DNA of 64,000 nt, taken from NCBI GenBank assembly GCA_045537065.1, contig JAZSOT010000015.1:306-64305 (forward strand), given 5' to 3'. Below, piece by piece: positions 10,106 to 19,718 of the stretch (positions are counted from its first letter, which is position 1; every line of letters begins with the position of its first letter). This stretch comes from Clostridia bacterium (GTDB taxonomy: Bacteria; Bacillota; Clostridia; Monoglobales; Monoglobaceae). The notes below the pieces were generated by a model. It did no database searches, had not been told where the DNA came from, and saw only the letters and a list, made by a program, of their open reading frames with translations. The position numbers were made by a program, and so were the translations under genes.

Positions 10106-10879
10106 TTGCTTCGTTTACAAAAATATCTTGCTGATTGCGGGGTTGCATCAAGAAGAGCTTCAGAAGAACTTATTAAATCAGGACGAGTTGCCGTAAATGG
10201 TGAGATTGTCAGAGAAATGGGTGTTATAATCGACGAAACTGTTGATGAAATAATGTTTGATGGACAAGTTGTGACTCCTGTCAATAAAAAAATATATGTT
10301 ATGCTTAACAAACCAGTTGGTTATGTAACGACCGTTTCTGATGAAAAGGGTAGGCCGACTGTTCTTGATTTAGTCAGCGACATACAGGACAGACTTTTTC
10401 CTGTTGGAAGACTTGACTATGACACGGAAGGTCTTTTGCTTCTTACAAATGATGGCGATATGACTTACAAGATAACTCATCCTAAAAATGATATTTCAAA
10501 AACCTATGTTGCTGAGGTAGGCGGAAATATATCTATGGATACAATTATTAGATTGCGTTCAGGGGTTGTGATTGACGGTTATAAAACAAAACCGGCAGAA
10601 GTTGAGGTTGTCGGGGCCACTCAATATGGAACAAAAATTGAAATAACAATAAAAGAGGGCAAAAACAGACAAATAAGAAAAATGTTTGAAGTATTAGGTT
10701 GTACTGTTAAACGTCTTAAAAGAATTAAAGAGGCAGGGCTTGTTCTTGGACATTTGCCTGTCGGAAAATGGAGAAAGCTTTCAGAATCTGAAGTTAATAT
10801 GTTAAAGAAAATCGGTTTGGAGAGCAAAAAGAAAAATTGGTCTTATAAGCAAAATAAGAATAAATCTAAAAATAGATAG
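10106..10879 (+). CDS. rluB: 23S rRNA pseudouridine synthase (RluB/RsuA family)
   Basis: TTG 10106 has AAAGGAG 8 nt upstream (track start 10049 has no RBS). S4 domain LRLQKYLADCGVASRR, catalytic GRLDYDTEGLLL, Lys-rich tail. Confidence 0.85.
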   Translation: MLRLQKYLADCGVASRRASEELIKSGRVAVNGEIVREMGVIIDETVDEIMFDGQVVTPVNKKIYVMLNKPVGYVTTVSDEKGRPTVLDLVSDIQDRLFPVGRLDYDTEGLLLLTNDGDMTYKITHPKNDISKTYVAEVGGNISMDTIIRLRSGVVIDGYKTKPAEVEVVGATQYGTKIEITIKEGKNRQIRKMFEVLGCTVKRLKRIKEAGLVLGHLPVGKWRKLSESEVNMLKKIGLESKKKNWSYKQNKNKSKNR

Positions 10880-10891
10880 AGGAGGTTCGCT

Positions 10892-12409
10892 ATGAGTAAA
10901 ATAGACGAATTACAGCAAAAACGCTCTGAAGTTGAAGTGGGCGGAGGAAGCGAAATGGTTAAAAAACAGCATGACTTAGGCAAAAAAACAGCGAGGGAAC
11001 GCTTAAATAGTCTTTTTGATGAAGGAAGCTTCATTGAAATAGATGCCTTTGTTAAGAGTGAAGCTTTGCAGGAAGAAGAAAAAACTTCTGTTGCTGAGAG
11101 TGTTGTTTCAGGTTATGGAACAGTATGCGGAAGACTTGTTTACGCATATGCACAGGACTATACTGTTTCAAAAGGTGCTCTTTCTAAAAGACATATAGAT
11201 AAAATATGCAAAGTTATGGATATGGCACTTAAAATGGGAGCTCCTATTGTTTCAATTCTTGATTCTCAAGGTGCTAGGATTGAGAGTGGACTTGAAGTTC
11301 TTTCTGCAATTGGTGAAATGCTCAAGAAGGCGACAATGCTTTCAGGGGTTGTTCCTCAGGTTTCTATGGTCCTAGGTGCTTGTGCCGGCGGGGCAGCATT
11401 TCTTCCGGTTATCGGGGATTTTGTTGTTATGGAACAGAAGAATGGTCTTATGTTTTTGAATGGACCTTCAATTATGGGTGGAAACACTGAATCTGTTAAT
11501 GAAATAGGGGGAGCAGATTCCTGCTTTGTTAAAAATGGATGTGCTTCAATCAGTTGTGCAGACGAAGATGAATGTTTTGCAAAAGTTAAGGAATTTTTGG
11601 ATTTGCTCCCATCAAATAATATTGAATCAGCTCCTTATTATATTGAAGATGATATAAACAGGATTTCAGAAACTTTAAATGCTATTTCAGAAAGTGTTGA
11701 TTTGTCAGATGTTAAGGCTGTTATTGCAGAAATTGCGGATAAGAATTATTATTTAGAACTTAATTCTGCATATGCACAAAATATTGTTACAGCACTTATC
11801 AGATTAAACGGTATTACAGTTGGTGTTATTTCAAATCAGGCAAAGGCTATGGATGGTATGCTTGATATTAAGGCAACTAAAAAAGGTGCAGCTTTTATAA
11901 GAATGTGCGATAGTTTCAACATTCCAATTCTTTCTATCACAAATACAGTTGGTTTTATGCCGTCTGTTGAAGAAGAACTGGGTGGAATTTTAAGAGGCGG
12001 AGCAGGACTATTATTTGCGTTTGCAGAAGCTACTGTTCCTAAAGTTAATTTGATAATCGGCAAAGCTTATGGCAGTGCATATCTTGCTATGAATAGTAAG
12101 CATATAGGTGCAGATATTGTTTTTGCTTGGCCGGGAAGTGAAATTTCTGTTATGAGTGCAGAAAGTGCTGCAAATATTCTTTTTGACAAAGAAATTGCAG
12201 AATCAAATGACCCTATAAATGACAGAACTGCATTGATTGAAAAATATGCAAAAGAAAATGCAAGTCCTTATGTTGCAGCGTCAATGGGTTATGTTGACAA
12301 TGTGTTTGAACCTTCTGCAACAAGACAGCATCTTATCAGTGCATTTGAAATGCTTATGAGTAAAAGAGAAGTTTTACCTGCTAAAAAACATGGTAATATG
12401 CCTTTATAA
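10892..12409 (+). CDS. acyl-CoA carboxyltransferase subunit (MmdA/GcdA/12S-like) of a biotin-dependent decarboxylase
   Basis: 505 aa. Two-lobed carboxyltransferase architecture. First gene of a five-gene decarboxylase cluster. Confidence 0.85.
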   Translation: MSKIDELQQKRSEVEVGGGSEMVKKQHDLGKKTARERLNSLFDEGSFIEIDAFVKSEALQEEEKTSVAESVVSGYGTVCGRLVYAYAQDYTVSKGALSKRHIDKICKVMDMALKMGAPIVSILDSQGARIESGLEVLSAIGEMLKKATMLSGVVPQVSMVLGACAGGAAFLPVIGDFVVMEQKNGLMFLNGPSIMGGNTESVNEIGGADSCFVKNGCASISCADEDECFAKVKEFLDLLPSNNIESAPYYIEDDINRISETLNAISESVDLSDVKAVIAEIADKNYYLELNSAYAQNIVTALIRLNGITVGVISNQAKAMDGMLDIKATKKGAAFIRMCDSFNIPILSITNTVGFMPSVEEELGGILRGGAGLLFAFAEATVPKVNLIIGKAYGSAYLAMNSKHIGADIVFAWPGSEISVMSAESAANILFDKEIAESNDPINDRTALIEKYAKENASPYVAASMGYVDNVFEPSATRQHLISAFEMLMSKREVLPAKKHGNMPL

Positions 12410-12424
12410 GAGGAGGATTAAACT

Positions 12425-12799
12425 ATGAGTCTTAATGAAGCTATCAGCGAAGGGTTATTGGTTACAGGTGTTGGATTATTAATTGTTTTTTCAGTTTTGA
12501 TTATATTGATGCTTGCTCTTATGGCTATGAAGGCTTTGTTTTATAAAGAACCTGAAAAAGCTGTAAAAGAAGAAATTAAATCAAATAATATACCTGTCAA
12601 TGTTCAGCCTGCAGCTGCAGAAAGTAATATAGCTAAAACGGATGATAAAGAACTTATTGCTGTTATTACTGCAGCAATAGCCGCAAGTCTTAATACATCT
12701 GTTTCTAATTTAAAAATTAAATCTTTAAAAAGAATTGGAAACAATTCTCCGGCATGGAATAAAGCCGGTGTTAACGAAATGATTAATTCCAGATTATAA
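12425..12799 (+). CDS. OadG-family small membrane subunit of Na+-translocating decarboxylase
   Basis: 124 aa. Single N-terminal TM helix (LLVTGVGLLIVFSVLIILMLALMAM). Placed between the carboxyltransferase and the biotin carrier. Confidence 0.7.
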   Translation: MSLNEAISEGLLVTGVGLLIVFSVLIILMLALMAMKALFYKEPEKAVKEEIKSNNIPVNVQPAAAESNIAKTDDKELIAVITAAIAASLNTSVSNLKIKSLKRIGNNSPAWNKAGVNEMINSRL

Positions 12800-12825
12800 T
12801 TTAAACTTTTGAGGAGGAATATAAA

Positions 12826-13221
12826 ATGAGAAAATTTTTAATTAATGTTAATGGAAATTCATATGAAGTTGAAGTTGAAGAAATTGGCGGAGGTGTTGCT
12901 TCTGCACCCGCACCAGCGCCTGTAGCTGCAGCTCCAGTTCAGACACCGGTTGCTGCCCCTGCGGCTGCTCCGGCACTAGCTGCTGTTGCTGCTCCGGCTC
13001 CTGCAGGTGCAAATGTAGTTTCTGCTCCAATGCCCGGAAACATTGTTTCTGTTAAAGTTAATGTTGGAGATATGGTTAAGCAGGGTGATGTTCTTTGTGT
13101 TCTTGAAGCAATGAAGATGGAAAATGAAATTATGGCTCCTGCAGACGGCAAAGTTGTAGCTGTTAATGCAATACAGGGGGCAACTGTAAACACCGGTGAT
13201 GCTCTCGTTTCATTGGGCTAA
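12826..13221 (+). CDS. biotin carboxyl carrier subunit
   Basis: 131 aa. Long Ala/Pro linker then a biotinyl domain with EAMKMENEI. Confidence 0.85.
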   Translation: MRKFLINVNGNSYEVEVEEIGGGVASAPAPAPVAAAPVQTPVAAPAAAPALAAVAAPAPAGANVVSAPMPGNIVSVKVNVGDMVKQGDVLCVLEAMKMENEIMAPADGKVVAVNAIQGATVNTGDALVSLG

Positions 13222-13259
13222 TTAGAAATGTCTTTTAAGTTAAATGAAGGAGTGATATT

Positions 13260-14528
13260 GTGTTAGAAGCCATTAAAAGTTTTATTGATACAACAGGTAT
13301 CGCTGCTATGATAAATTCAATGGTGGAATCATTCCAGAGCGGGGGAAGTTTCCTTCAAATTATTGGAACACCGCTTATGATTATTATAGCGTGCATACTT
13401 TTATACCTTGCTATTGTAAAAAAATATGAGCCGCTTTTGCTGCTACCTATAGCATTTGGTATGTTACTTACTAATCTGCCAATGTTCAAGGAATCATCTG
13501 CAATTATGATGCATACAGAATTTTTTACTAATCCTGAATATATGGTAGATGGAAAATATATTGACATTCAATATGTTTTAAGTCATGGCGGACTTCTCGA
13601 CTTGTTATACCTTGGTGTTAAACTTGGTATTTATCCGCCGCTTATTTTCCTTGGAATAGGAACAATGACGGACTTTGGACCATTAATTGCAAATCCGAAA
13701 AGTATTTTACTAGGTGCTGCAGCACAGTTTGGTGTGTTCTTCACATTCCTTGGCGCTTTAGTAATAGGTGCTTTAGTTCCAGGTATTAACTTTGGTGTCA
13801 ACGAGGCAGCGTCTATTGGTATTATTGGTGGTGCTGACGGACCCACAGCTATATATGTTACCAAAACATTAGCTCCTCAGCTTTTGCCTGCAATTGCTGT
13901 TGCGGCATATTCGTATATGGCGCTTATTCCTGTTATTCAGCCACCAATTATGAAGCTTATGACCACAAAGAAAGAAAGAATGATTGTTATGGAACAGTTA
14001 AGGGAAGTCAGCAGAACTGAAAGAATAGTTTTCCCGATTATTGTTACGATAGTTGTTGCGCTTATTGTTCCTGATGCAGTTTCTTTGGTTGGTATGCTTA
14101 TGCTTGGAAATCTTGCTAAAGAATGTGGAGTTGTTGACAGACTTTCAAAAACTGCTCAAAATGAGCTTATGAATATTATAACAATTTTCCTTGGAATAAC
14201 AGTTGGTGCAACTGCAACTGCTGAAACCTTCCTGACTGCTGAAACTCTTGGTATAGTTGCTCTAGGACTTATTGCTTTTTGTTTCAGTACATTTGGTGGT
14301 TTATTACTTGGGAAAATTATGTGTAAGCTAACAGGTGGAAAAGTTAATCCGCTAATTGGTTCTGCAGGTGTTTCAGCCGTTCCAATGGCAGCCCGTGTTT
14401 CTCAGATGGTTGGGCAGAAGGAAAATCCTTCAAACTTCCTTTTGATGCATGCTATGGGACCAAATGTTGCTGGCGTTATCGGTTCTGCAGTTGCTGCAGG
14501 CGTTTTCCTTTCGATGTTTGCTAAATAA
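13260..14528 (+). CDS. Na+-translocating decarboxylase beta subunit (OadB/MmdB/GcdB family)
   Basis: 422 aa polytopic membrane protein. GTG start with GAAGGAG upstream. Follows the OadG subunit and the biotin carrier. Confidence 0.9.
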   Translation: MLEAIKSFIDTTGIAAMINSMVESFQSGGSFLQIIGTPLMIIIACILLYLAIVKKYEPLLLLPIAFGMLLTNLPMFKESSAIMMHTEFFTNPEYMVDGKYIDIQYVLSHGGLLDLLYLGVKLGIYPPLIFLGIGTMTDFGPLIANPKSILLGAAAQFGVFFTFLGALVIGALVPGINFGVNEAASIGIIGGADGPTAIYVTKTLAPQLLPAIAVAAYSYMALIPVIQPPIMKLMTTKKERMIVMEQLREVSRTERIVFPIIVTIVVALIVPDAVSLVGMLMLGNLAKECGVVDRLSKTAQNELMNIITIFLGITVGATATAETFLTAETLGIVALGLIAFCFSTFGGLLLGKIMCKLTGGKVNPLIGSAGVSAVPMAARVSQMVGQKENPSNFLLMHAMGPNVAGVIGSAVAAGVFLSMFAK

Positions 14529-14552
14529 TAGAATTTACGGAGGTAATTATAA

Positions 14553-15953
14553 ATGGCTAAAGTTGGTATTACAGAAACTATATTGCGTGATGCACACCAG
14601 TCTCTTGTTGCAACACGTATGACTACCGAAGAAATGCTTCCTGCCCTGTCAGCACTGGATAAGGTTGGGTATCATTCATTAGAAGCATGGGGCGGTGCTA
14701 CCTTTGATTCTTGTCTAAGATTTTTGAATGAGGATCCATGGGAAAGATTAAGAAAAATTAAGGATGCTACACCGAATACAAAACTCCAGATGCTATTCAG
14801 GGGTCAGAATGTATTAGGGTACAGACATTATGCAGATGATGTTGTTGAATATTTTGTTCAAAAGTCAATAGCAAACGGAATTGATATAATAAGAATATTC
14901 GATGCGCTTAATGATGTTCGTAATCTCCAGACAGCAATTAATGCAACAAAGAAAGAAGGAGGTCATGTTCAGGCAGCTATTTCTTATACTATCAGTCCTG
15001 TTCACGATATTCCGTTTTTTGTTAAGCTTGCTAAGGAATATGAAAACTGCGGTGCAGATTCAATTTGTATTAAAGATATGGCAGGTCTTCTCACACCTTA
15101 TGTTGCATATGATCTTGTTAAACAGCTTAAGGAAGAACTTAAGGTTCCTGTTCAGCTCCACACTCACTATACAAGTGGTGTTGCTTCTATGACTTATTTA
15201 AAAGCTGTTGAAGCAGGTGTTGATGTTGTTGACTGTGCTCTTTCACCACTTGCGCTTGGAACTTCTCAGCCTGCAACAGAGCCTTTTGTTGCAACATTAC
15301 AAAATACAGAGTATGATACAGGTTTAAATCTTGATGCACTCACAGATGCATCTGAATTCTTTAAACCATTGAGGGATGAATATCTTGCATCAGGCTTAAT
15401 GGATACAAAGGTGTTAGGCGTTGATATTAATACACTTAAATATCAGGTTCCTGGCGGAATGCTTTCAAACCTTGTTTCTCAGCTTAAACAGCAGGGAAAA
15501 GAAGATAAGCTTGAAGAAGTTCTAAAGGAAGTTCCAAGAGTTCGTGAAGATTTAGGTTATCCGCCGCTTGTTACACCTACAAGCCAGATTGTTGGAACTC
15601 AGGCTGTGCTTAATGTTATCACAGGTGAGAGATATAAGATGGTTACTAAGGAAACAAAGGGTATTGTTCGCGGTGAATACGGCAGAACTCCAGTTGAAAT
15701 TTCCGATGAATTCAGAAAGAAAATTATTGGTGATGAAAAGCCGATAACCAAGCGTCCTGCTGATTTAATTAAGCCTGAGCTTGATGACTTGAGAAAGAAA
15801 GCAGCTCAGTATATTGAACAGGATGAAGATGTTTTATCTTATGCATTGTTTGAACAGGTTGCAGTTAAATTTTTTGAAAAGAGACGTGCTGCAAAATATA
15901 AGGTAGATTCAGATATGGTGGATATGGATGAAAAAATCCACTATGTGAATTAG
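14553..15953 (+). CDS. oxaloacetate decarboxylase alpha / pyruvate carboxylase subunit B-type (5S) carboxyltransferase, no biotinyl domain
   Basis: 466 aa. N-terminus MAKVGITETILRDAHQSLVATRMTTEEM is typical of OadA/PycB TIM-barrel carboxyltransferases. No MKM motif. Confidence 0.85.
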   Translation: MAKVGITETILRDAHQSLVATRMTTEEMLPALSALDKVGYHSLEAWGGATFDSCLRFLNEDPWERLRKIKDATPNTKLQMLFRGQNVLGYRHYADDVVEYFVQKSIANGIDIIRIFDALNDVRNLQTAINATKKEGGHVQAAISYTISPVHDIPFFVKLAKEYENCGADSICIKDMAGLLTPYVAYDLVKQLKEELKVPVQLHTHYTSGVASMTYLKAVEAGVDVVDCALSPLALGTSQPATEPFVATLQNTEYDTGLNLDALTDASEFFKPLRDEYLASGLMDTKVLGVDINTLKYQVPGGMLSNLVSQLKQQGKEDKLEEVLKEVPRVREDLGYPPLVTPTSQIVGTQAVLNVITGERYKMVTKETKGIVRGEYGRTPVEISDEFRKKIIGDEKPITKRPADLIKPELDDLRKKAAQYIEQDEDVLSYALFEQVAVKFFEKRRAAKYKVDSDMVDMDEKIHYVN

Positions 15954-15962
15954 TATTACTTT

Positions 15963-15992
15963 AAGTCGGGTGATTTGTGTCGCCCGACTTTT
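15963..15992 (+). terminator. intrinsic terminator ending the decarboxylase operon
   Basis: Stem AAGTCGGGTG / CGCCCGACTT with an 8-nt loop, followed by TTTT. Confidence 0.65.
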
Positions 15993-16020
15993 GCAAATTT
16001 TGCTTATATAAGGTGATGTT

Positions 16021-17256
16021 ATGAACTCTAAGCTTAAAGTTATAGTTGTTGGTGGAGGAGCATCAGGGATGTTTGCTGCTGGGAATGCTGCAAAGAGAGG
16101 CTTTGATGTTACACTTATAGAAAAAAATGAAATATTAGGAAAAAAGCTTTTAATAACAGGAAAAGGCAGATGCAATTTGACCAACGCTTGTGATACTGTT
16201 GAAGAATTAATTGAGAATGTTACTAAAAATGCTTCGTTTTTGTATAGTGCATTTTATTCTTTTACTAATTTTGATACAATGAATTTTTTTGAGAAACTTG
16301 GAGTGAGACTTAAAATAGAAAGAGGGAAAAGGGTTTTTCCCGAGTCTGACAAAAGCCATACAATTGTTGATGCTTTAAAAGATTATATGAAAAAAAATGG
16401 AGTTAAAATTATTTATGATACCGTTGATGAAATTTTAACTGAGAATGGAAAAATAAGCGGTGCACGTACGGAAAATAACGGAATAATTTTATGTGATAAA
16501 TTGATACTTGCAACAGGAGGACTTTCTTATCAGAAAACCGGCTCAACAGGGGATGGAATATGGTGGGCAGAAGATTTAGGACATACAATATCGGAACCGA
16601 TTGCATCTTTAGTTCCTCTTAAAACTGTTGAGAATTGGCCTACAGAATTACAAGGGTTGACACTTAAGAATGTTGCTGTTAAGTTTTTAGACGAGAAAGG
16701 TAAAAGGATATACGAAGATTTTGGTGAAATGATGTTTGCTCATTTTGGTATAACGGGTCCCGTTATTTTAAGTGCTTCTGCTCATTTAAGACCAATGAAA
16801 AAACAAAAATATAGTTTATATATTGATTTAAAGCCTGCACTTGATGAAAAACAGTTGGATGCAAGATTACTTAGAGATTTTAATGACAGTTTAAATAAGA
16901 GTATATATAATTGTATGAAGAATATTTTGCCGGCTCGAATGATAGAAATTTTTCTAAATATATGTAATATTAATGGAGATAAAAAAGTTAATCTTATTAC
17001 AAAAGAAGAAAGAAGAAAAATTTTGGATTGTCTGAAAGGTTTAAAGATAACTATTGAAGACTATTGTCCTATAGAACAAGCTATTATCACATCAGGCGGT
17101 GTGTCGGTTAAGGAAATTAATCCATCTACTATGGAGTCTAAAATTGTAGAAGGTTTGTATTTTACCGGAGAGATTATTGATGTTGATGCTTACACAGGCG
17201 GTTTTAATCTTCAGATTGCATTTTCAACAGCTTATCTTGCGGCAGAATCGCTTTAA
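16021..17256 (+). CDS. FAD-dependent flavoprotein, HI0933/YhiN (BaiN-like) family
   Basis: 411 aa. Dinucleotide-binding motif VIVVGGGASGMFAAG and the family-typical length. Confidence 0.85.
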   Translation: MNSKLKVIVVGGGASGMFAAGNAAKRGFDVTLIEKNEILGKKLLITGKGRCNLTNACDTVEELIENVTKNASFLYSAFYSFTNFDTMNFFEKLGVRLKIERGKRVFPESDKSHTIVDALKDYMKKNGVKIIYDTVDEILTENGKISGARTENNGIILCDKLILATGGLSYQKTGSTGDGIWWAEDLGHTISEPIASLVPLKTVENWPTELQGLTLKNVAVKFLDEKGKRIYEDFGEMMFAHFGITGPVILSASAHLRPMKKQKYSLYIDLKPALDEKQLDARLLRDFNDSLNKSIYNCMKNILPARMIEIFLNICNINGDKKVNLITKEERRKILDCLKGLKITIEDYCPIEQAIITSGGVSVKEINPSTMESKIVEGLYFTGEIIDVDAYTGGFNLQIAFSTAYLAAESL

Positions 17257-17275
17257 TAAAAAGGAGATGATTTAT

Positions 17276-17947
17276 TTGGAAAAAGAATTACATAAATCCT
17301 ATGTCTCATCTATAAATATTCCTGATGACAGCGAACATTTTTTTGACAGAGATGAAGCTTTTCATGAACATATGCTTGCATATCATTGTGCAATAAGAGA
17401 GGTTTCAACAAAGTTTCAGGTGCTTAATGACGAATTAAGTGTAAGAAATAACAGAAATCCTATTGAGACTATAAAGACCAGAATTAAATCACCTAAAAGT
17501 ATAGCTAAAAAACTCAAGAAAAGAAATTATGAAGTTTCTCTTGAGTCAATGGAGAAAAACTTAAGTGATGTTGCGGGTGTCAGAATTATATGTTCGTTTA
17601 TAGATGATATATATTTTATTGCAAAGCTTTTTGCAGGACAGGATGATGTTAGAGTTATTGAAATAAAGGATTATATTAAAAATCCAAAACCTAACGGCTA
17701 CAGAAGCTATCATATGATTGTTGAAATTCCTGTTTTCTTTTCAAATGAAAAGAGATATGTGAGGGTTGAAGTTCAAATCAGGACAATTGCTATGGATTTT
17801 TGGGCTAGTCTTGAACATCAGGTTAGATATAAAAAGGATATTGAAAACCCTGAAAGTATTGAAAAACAGCTTAAGGAATGTGCAGATGTCATTAATGCAT
17901 CCGATTATAAAATGATGGATATTGCAAAGCAAATTAATATTTTATAA
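17276..17947 (+). CDS. small alarmone synthetase (RelA/SpoT-domain GTP pyrophosphokinase, RelQ/RelP-like)
   Basis: Motifs DVAGVRIIC, GYRSYHMIV, EVQIRTIAMDFWASLEH. Track start 17177 overlaps the upstream gene. TTG 17276 lies 9 nt after AAGGAG. ATG 17267 abuts the RBS and is the alternative start. Confidence 0.8.
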   Translation: MEKELHKSYVSSINIPDDSEHFFDRDEAFHEHMLAYHCAIREVSTKFQVLNDELSVRNNRNPIETIKTRIKSPKSIAKKLKKRNYEVSLESMEKNLSDVAGVRIICSFIDDIYFIAKLFAGQDDVRVIEIKDYIKNPKPNGYRSYHMIVEIPVFFSNEKRYVRVEVQIRTIAMDFWASLEHQVRYKKDIENPESIEKQLKECADVINASDYKMMDIAKQINIL

Positions 17948-18038
17948 AATTTTTTAATTTTTTTGCAACCTTTTGTATAGTTAAAAAGTGTTAGCTATGA
18001 AAAACAAAAAATTACTCAAAAGAAAGGTAAGAGAATTT

Positions 18039-19676
18039 ATGAAAAAGTTAATTAGTATTTTAATTTGTTTAGCAATGGTATTGGGAATGTTTTCTGTTTC
18101 TGCAGATGTTTTGTCTCCTGATGAAGTTAAATTTATGCAGGCAAACGGCTACCTTAAAGGCAGAGGAAATGGATTAGAGCTTGAAAGCCTGGTTACAAGA
18201 GCGGAAGCGTTAACACTTCTTTTAAGAACATGTGATGAAGAAGATGATGCATTAAATAACGGTGCAGATATTTCTGAAGTTGATTATGAAACTGTGTCAG
18301 GTTCATTTGTGAGAACTGAAGAAAATGGTATTGTTATTAAAGATGGGGAACAGGAACTTCTTATAACAACAGAAAATGCTGTTTTCAGAGGCGAAGATAT
18401 AAGCGAACTTAAAGAAGGAAGTATTGTTTCTGCTGTTGTTTCCAAAATCAGAACAAGAAGTATTCCTGCTATGACAAATGCATATCTTGTTGTCGCATCA
18501 GATACTGTTTTTGTAAACTGTATTGAAGTTGAAAAGGTTGAAATGGAAGACGGTGTAATCAATTTATATAGTAAAGACGGAGAATTTATAGTTGTTGCTG
18601 ACGAAAAAACACCTGTTTCACCATTTGCAACAAGAAATATTATGTCAATTCAGGATGTAAGTGAAAATGATAAGCTATTTGTACTTTCAGAGGTTATGAC
18701 AATGAGTCTTCCAGCGCGTATTAATCCTGTAGAAGTTATAGTTTATCAGAATGAATTTATAGTAGATGTTGAAGATAATGAAGAAATTGAAGAAGTAACA
18801 GAAGATATGTTTGATGCAGAGTCTATTGTTGGTGAATTTGTAAGTGTTGAAGAAGACGGAATTGTTATAAGAACAGAAAGCGGTCTTGTTAAGATAGATA
18901 CAGCAGATGCCATTTTAGAGGGAACTTCTGTAGATGAAGCAAAAGAAGGTAATTTGGTTTCTGCAGTTGTTTCAAAGAAACAAACAAGAAGTATCCCTGC
19001 AATTGCAAAGGGGTATGCGGTTGTTATCTCTGAAATTACCTCAGTTAAGTATATTGAGGTATCAAAAGTTGAAGTAGAAGACGGAGTTTATAAAATATTC
19101 AGTAATGATGGCGAATTTATAGCTGTTGCAGATGAAAACACAGTTATTTCACCATATAAAACAAAGAATATTATTGCTGTTTCAGATATTTCTGAGGGAG
19201 ATAAAGTATTTGTTTTAAGTGATGTTTCAACAATGAGTATTCCGGCTCAGCTTATGGCAAATAAGATAGTAGTTTTTGAAGATGAAGCTGAAACTTCAGA
19301 GGCGGTAGCCAGAGCAATTGATGTAAAACCATTTGCAAGAGAGGACAAGCACTTTAAAGACGCAGAGGGTCATTGGGCAGAAAAAATAATTAAATATTCT
19401 TATAAAAAAGGATATGTTGATGGAGAAAGTGAAGATACCTTTAACCCCGAGGGAAAAGTAAAAGGCAGAGAGCTTGTTAAAATGATGCTTTCAAAGGTTG
19501 GAAAAGAAGATATAACAATTGAAAATGCTTTTGAAATTGCTAAAGAGTTCGGACTTATTGCAGATGACGTTTTAGAAAATGTTGTTGAAAAAAATGCTGA
19601 GCTTAAAAGAGATGAAGTTGCAAAACTTTGCTACAATTTAATTAAAATAATTAATCCTGAAAAAATTACAGATTAA
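18039..19676 (+). CDS. secreted cell-wall-associated protein with SLH-like termini and two internal ~150-aa repeats
   Basis: The start at MKKLISILICLAMVLGMFSVSA gives a signal peptide. C-terminus FKDAEGHWAEKIIKYSYKKGYVDG...TFNPEG is SLH-like. The N-terminal segment LVTRAEALTLLLR is also SLH-like. Confidence 0.7.
   Translation: MKKLISILICLAMVLGMFSVSADVLSPDEVKFMQANGYLKGRGNGLELESLVTRAEALTLLLRTCDEEDDALNNGADISEVDYETVSGSFVRTEENGIVIKDGEQELLITTENAVFRGEDISELKEGSIVSAVVSKIRTRSIPAMTNAYLVVASDTVFVNCIEVEKVEMEDGVINLYSKDGEFIVVADEKTPVSPFATRNIMSIQDVSENDKLFVLSEVMTMSLPARINPVEVIVYQNEFIVDVEDNEEIEEVTEDMFDAESIVGEFVSVEEDGIVIRTESGLVKIDTADAILEGTSVDEAKEGNLVSAVVSKKQTRSIPAIAKGYAVVISEITSVKYIEVSKVEVEDGVYKIFSNDGEFIAVADENTVISPYKTKNIIAVSDISEGDKVFVLSDVSTMSIPAQLMANKIVVFEDEAETSEAVARAIDVKPFAREDKHFKDAEGHWAEKIIKYSYKKGYVDGESEDTFNPEGKVKGRELVKMMLSKVGKEDITIENAFEIAKEFGLIADDVLENVVEKNAELKRDEVAKLCYNLIKIINPEKITD
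18294..19283 (+). repeat. intragenic tandem duplication (two ~153-codon units, 18294-18752 and 18825-19283)
   Basis: Hand alignment of the two units gives about 78 identical of about 153 positions. Examples are KEGxxVSAVVSKxxTRSIPA, IEVxKVExEDGV, DGEFIxVADE and FVLSxVxTMSxPA. Confidence 0.75.
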
Positions 19677-19689
19677 TTGATAAAAAAGC

Positions 19690-19718
19690 TTGACAAAACA
19701 AAATAAGTAGTGTAGAAT
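19690..19718 (+). promoter_or_regulatory. sigma-A type promoter for ylxM-ffh
   Basis: TTGACA (19690-19695), 17-nt spacer, TGtAGAAT (-10 at 19713-19718). Confidence 0.45.

Noticed and set aside
12890-13030. Locally GC-rich patch that could suggest foreign DNA, with overlapping ORFs on both strands
   Set aside because: It is the Ala/Pro-rich flexible linker of the biotin carrier (GCN/CCN codons). This is a normal feature of these subunits.
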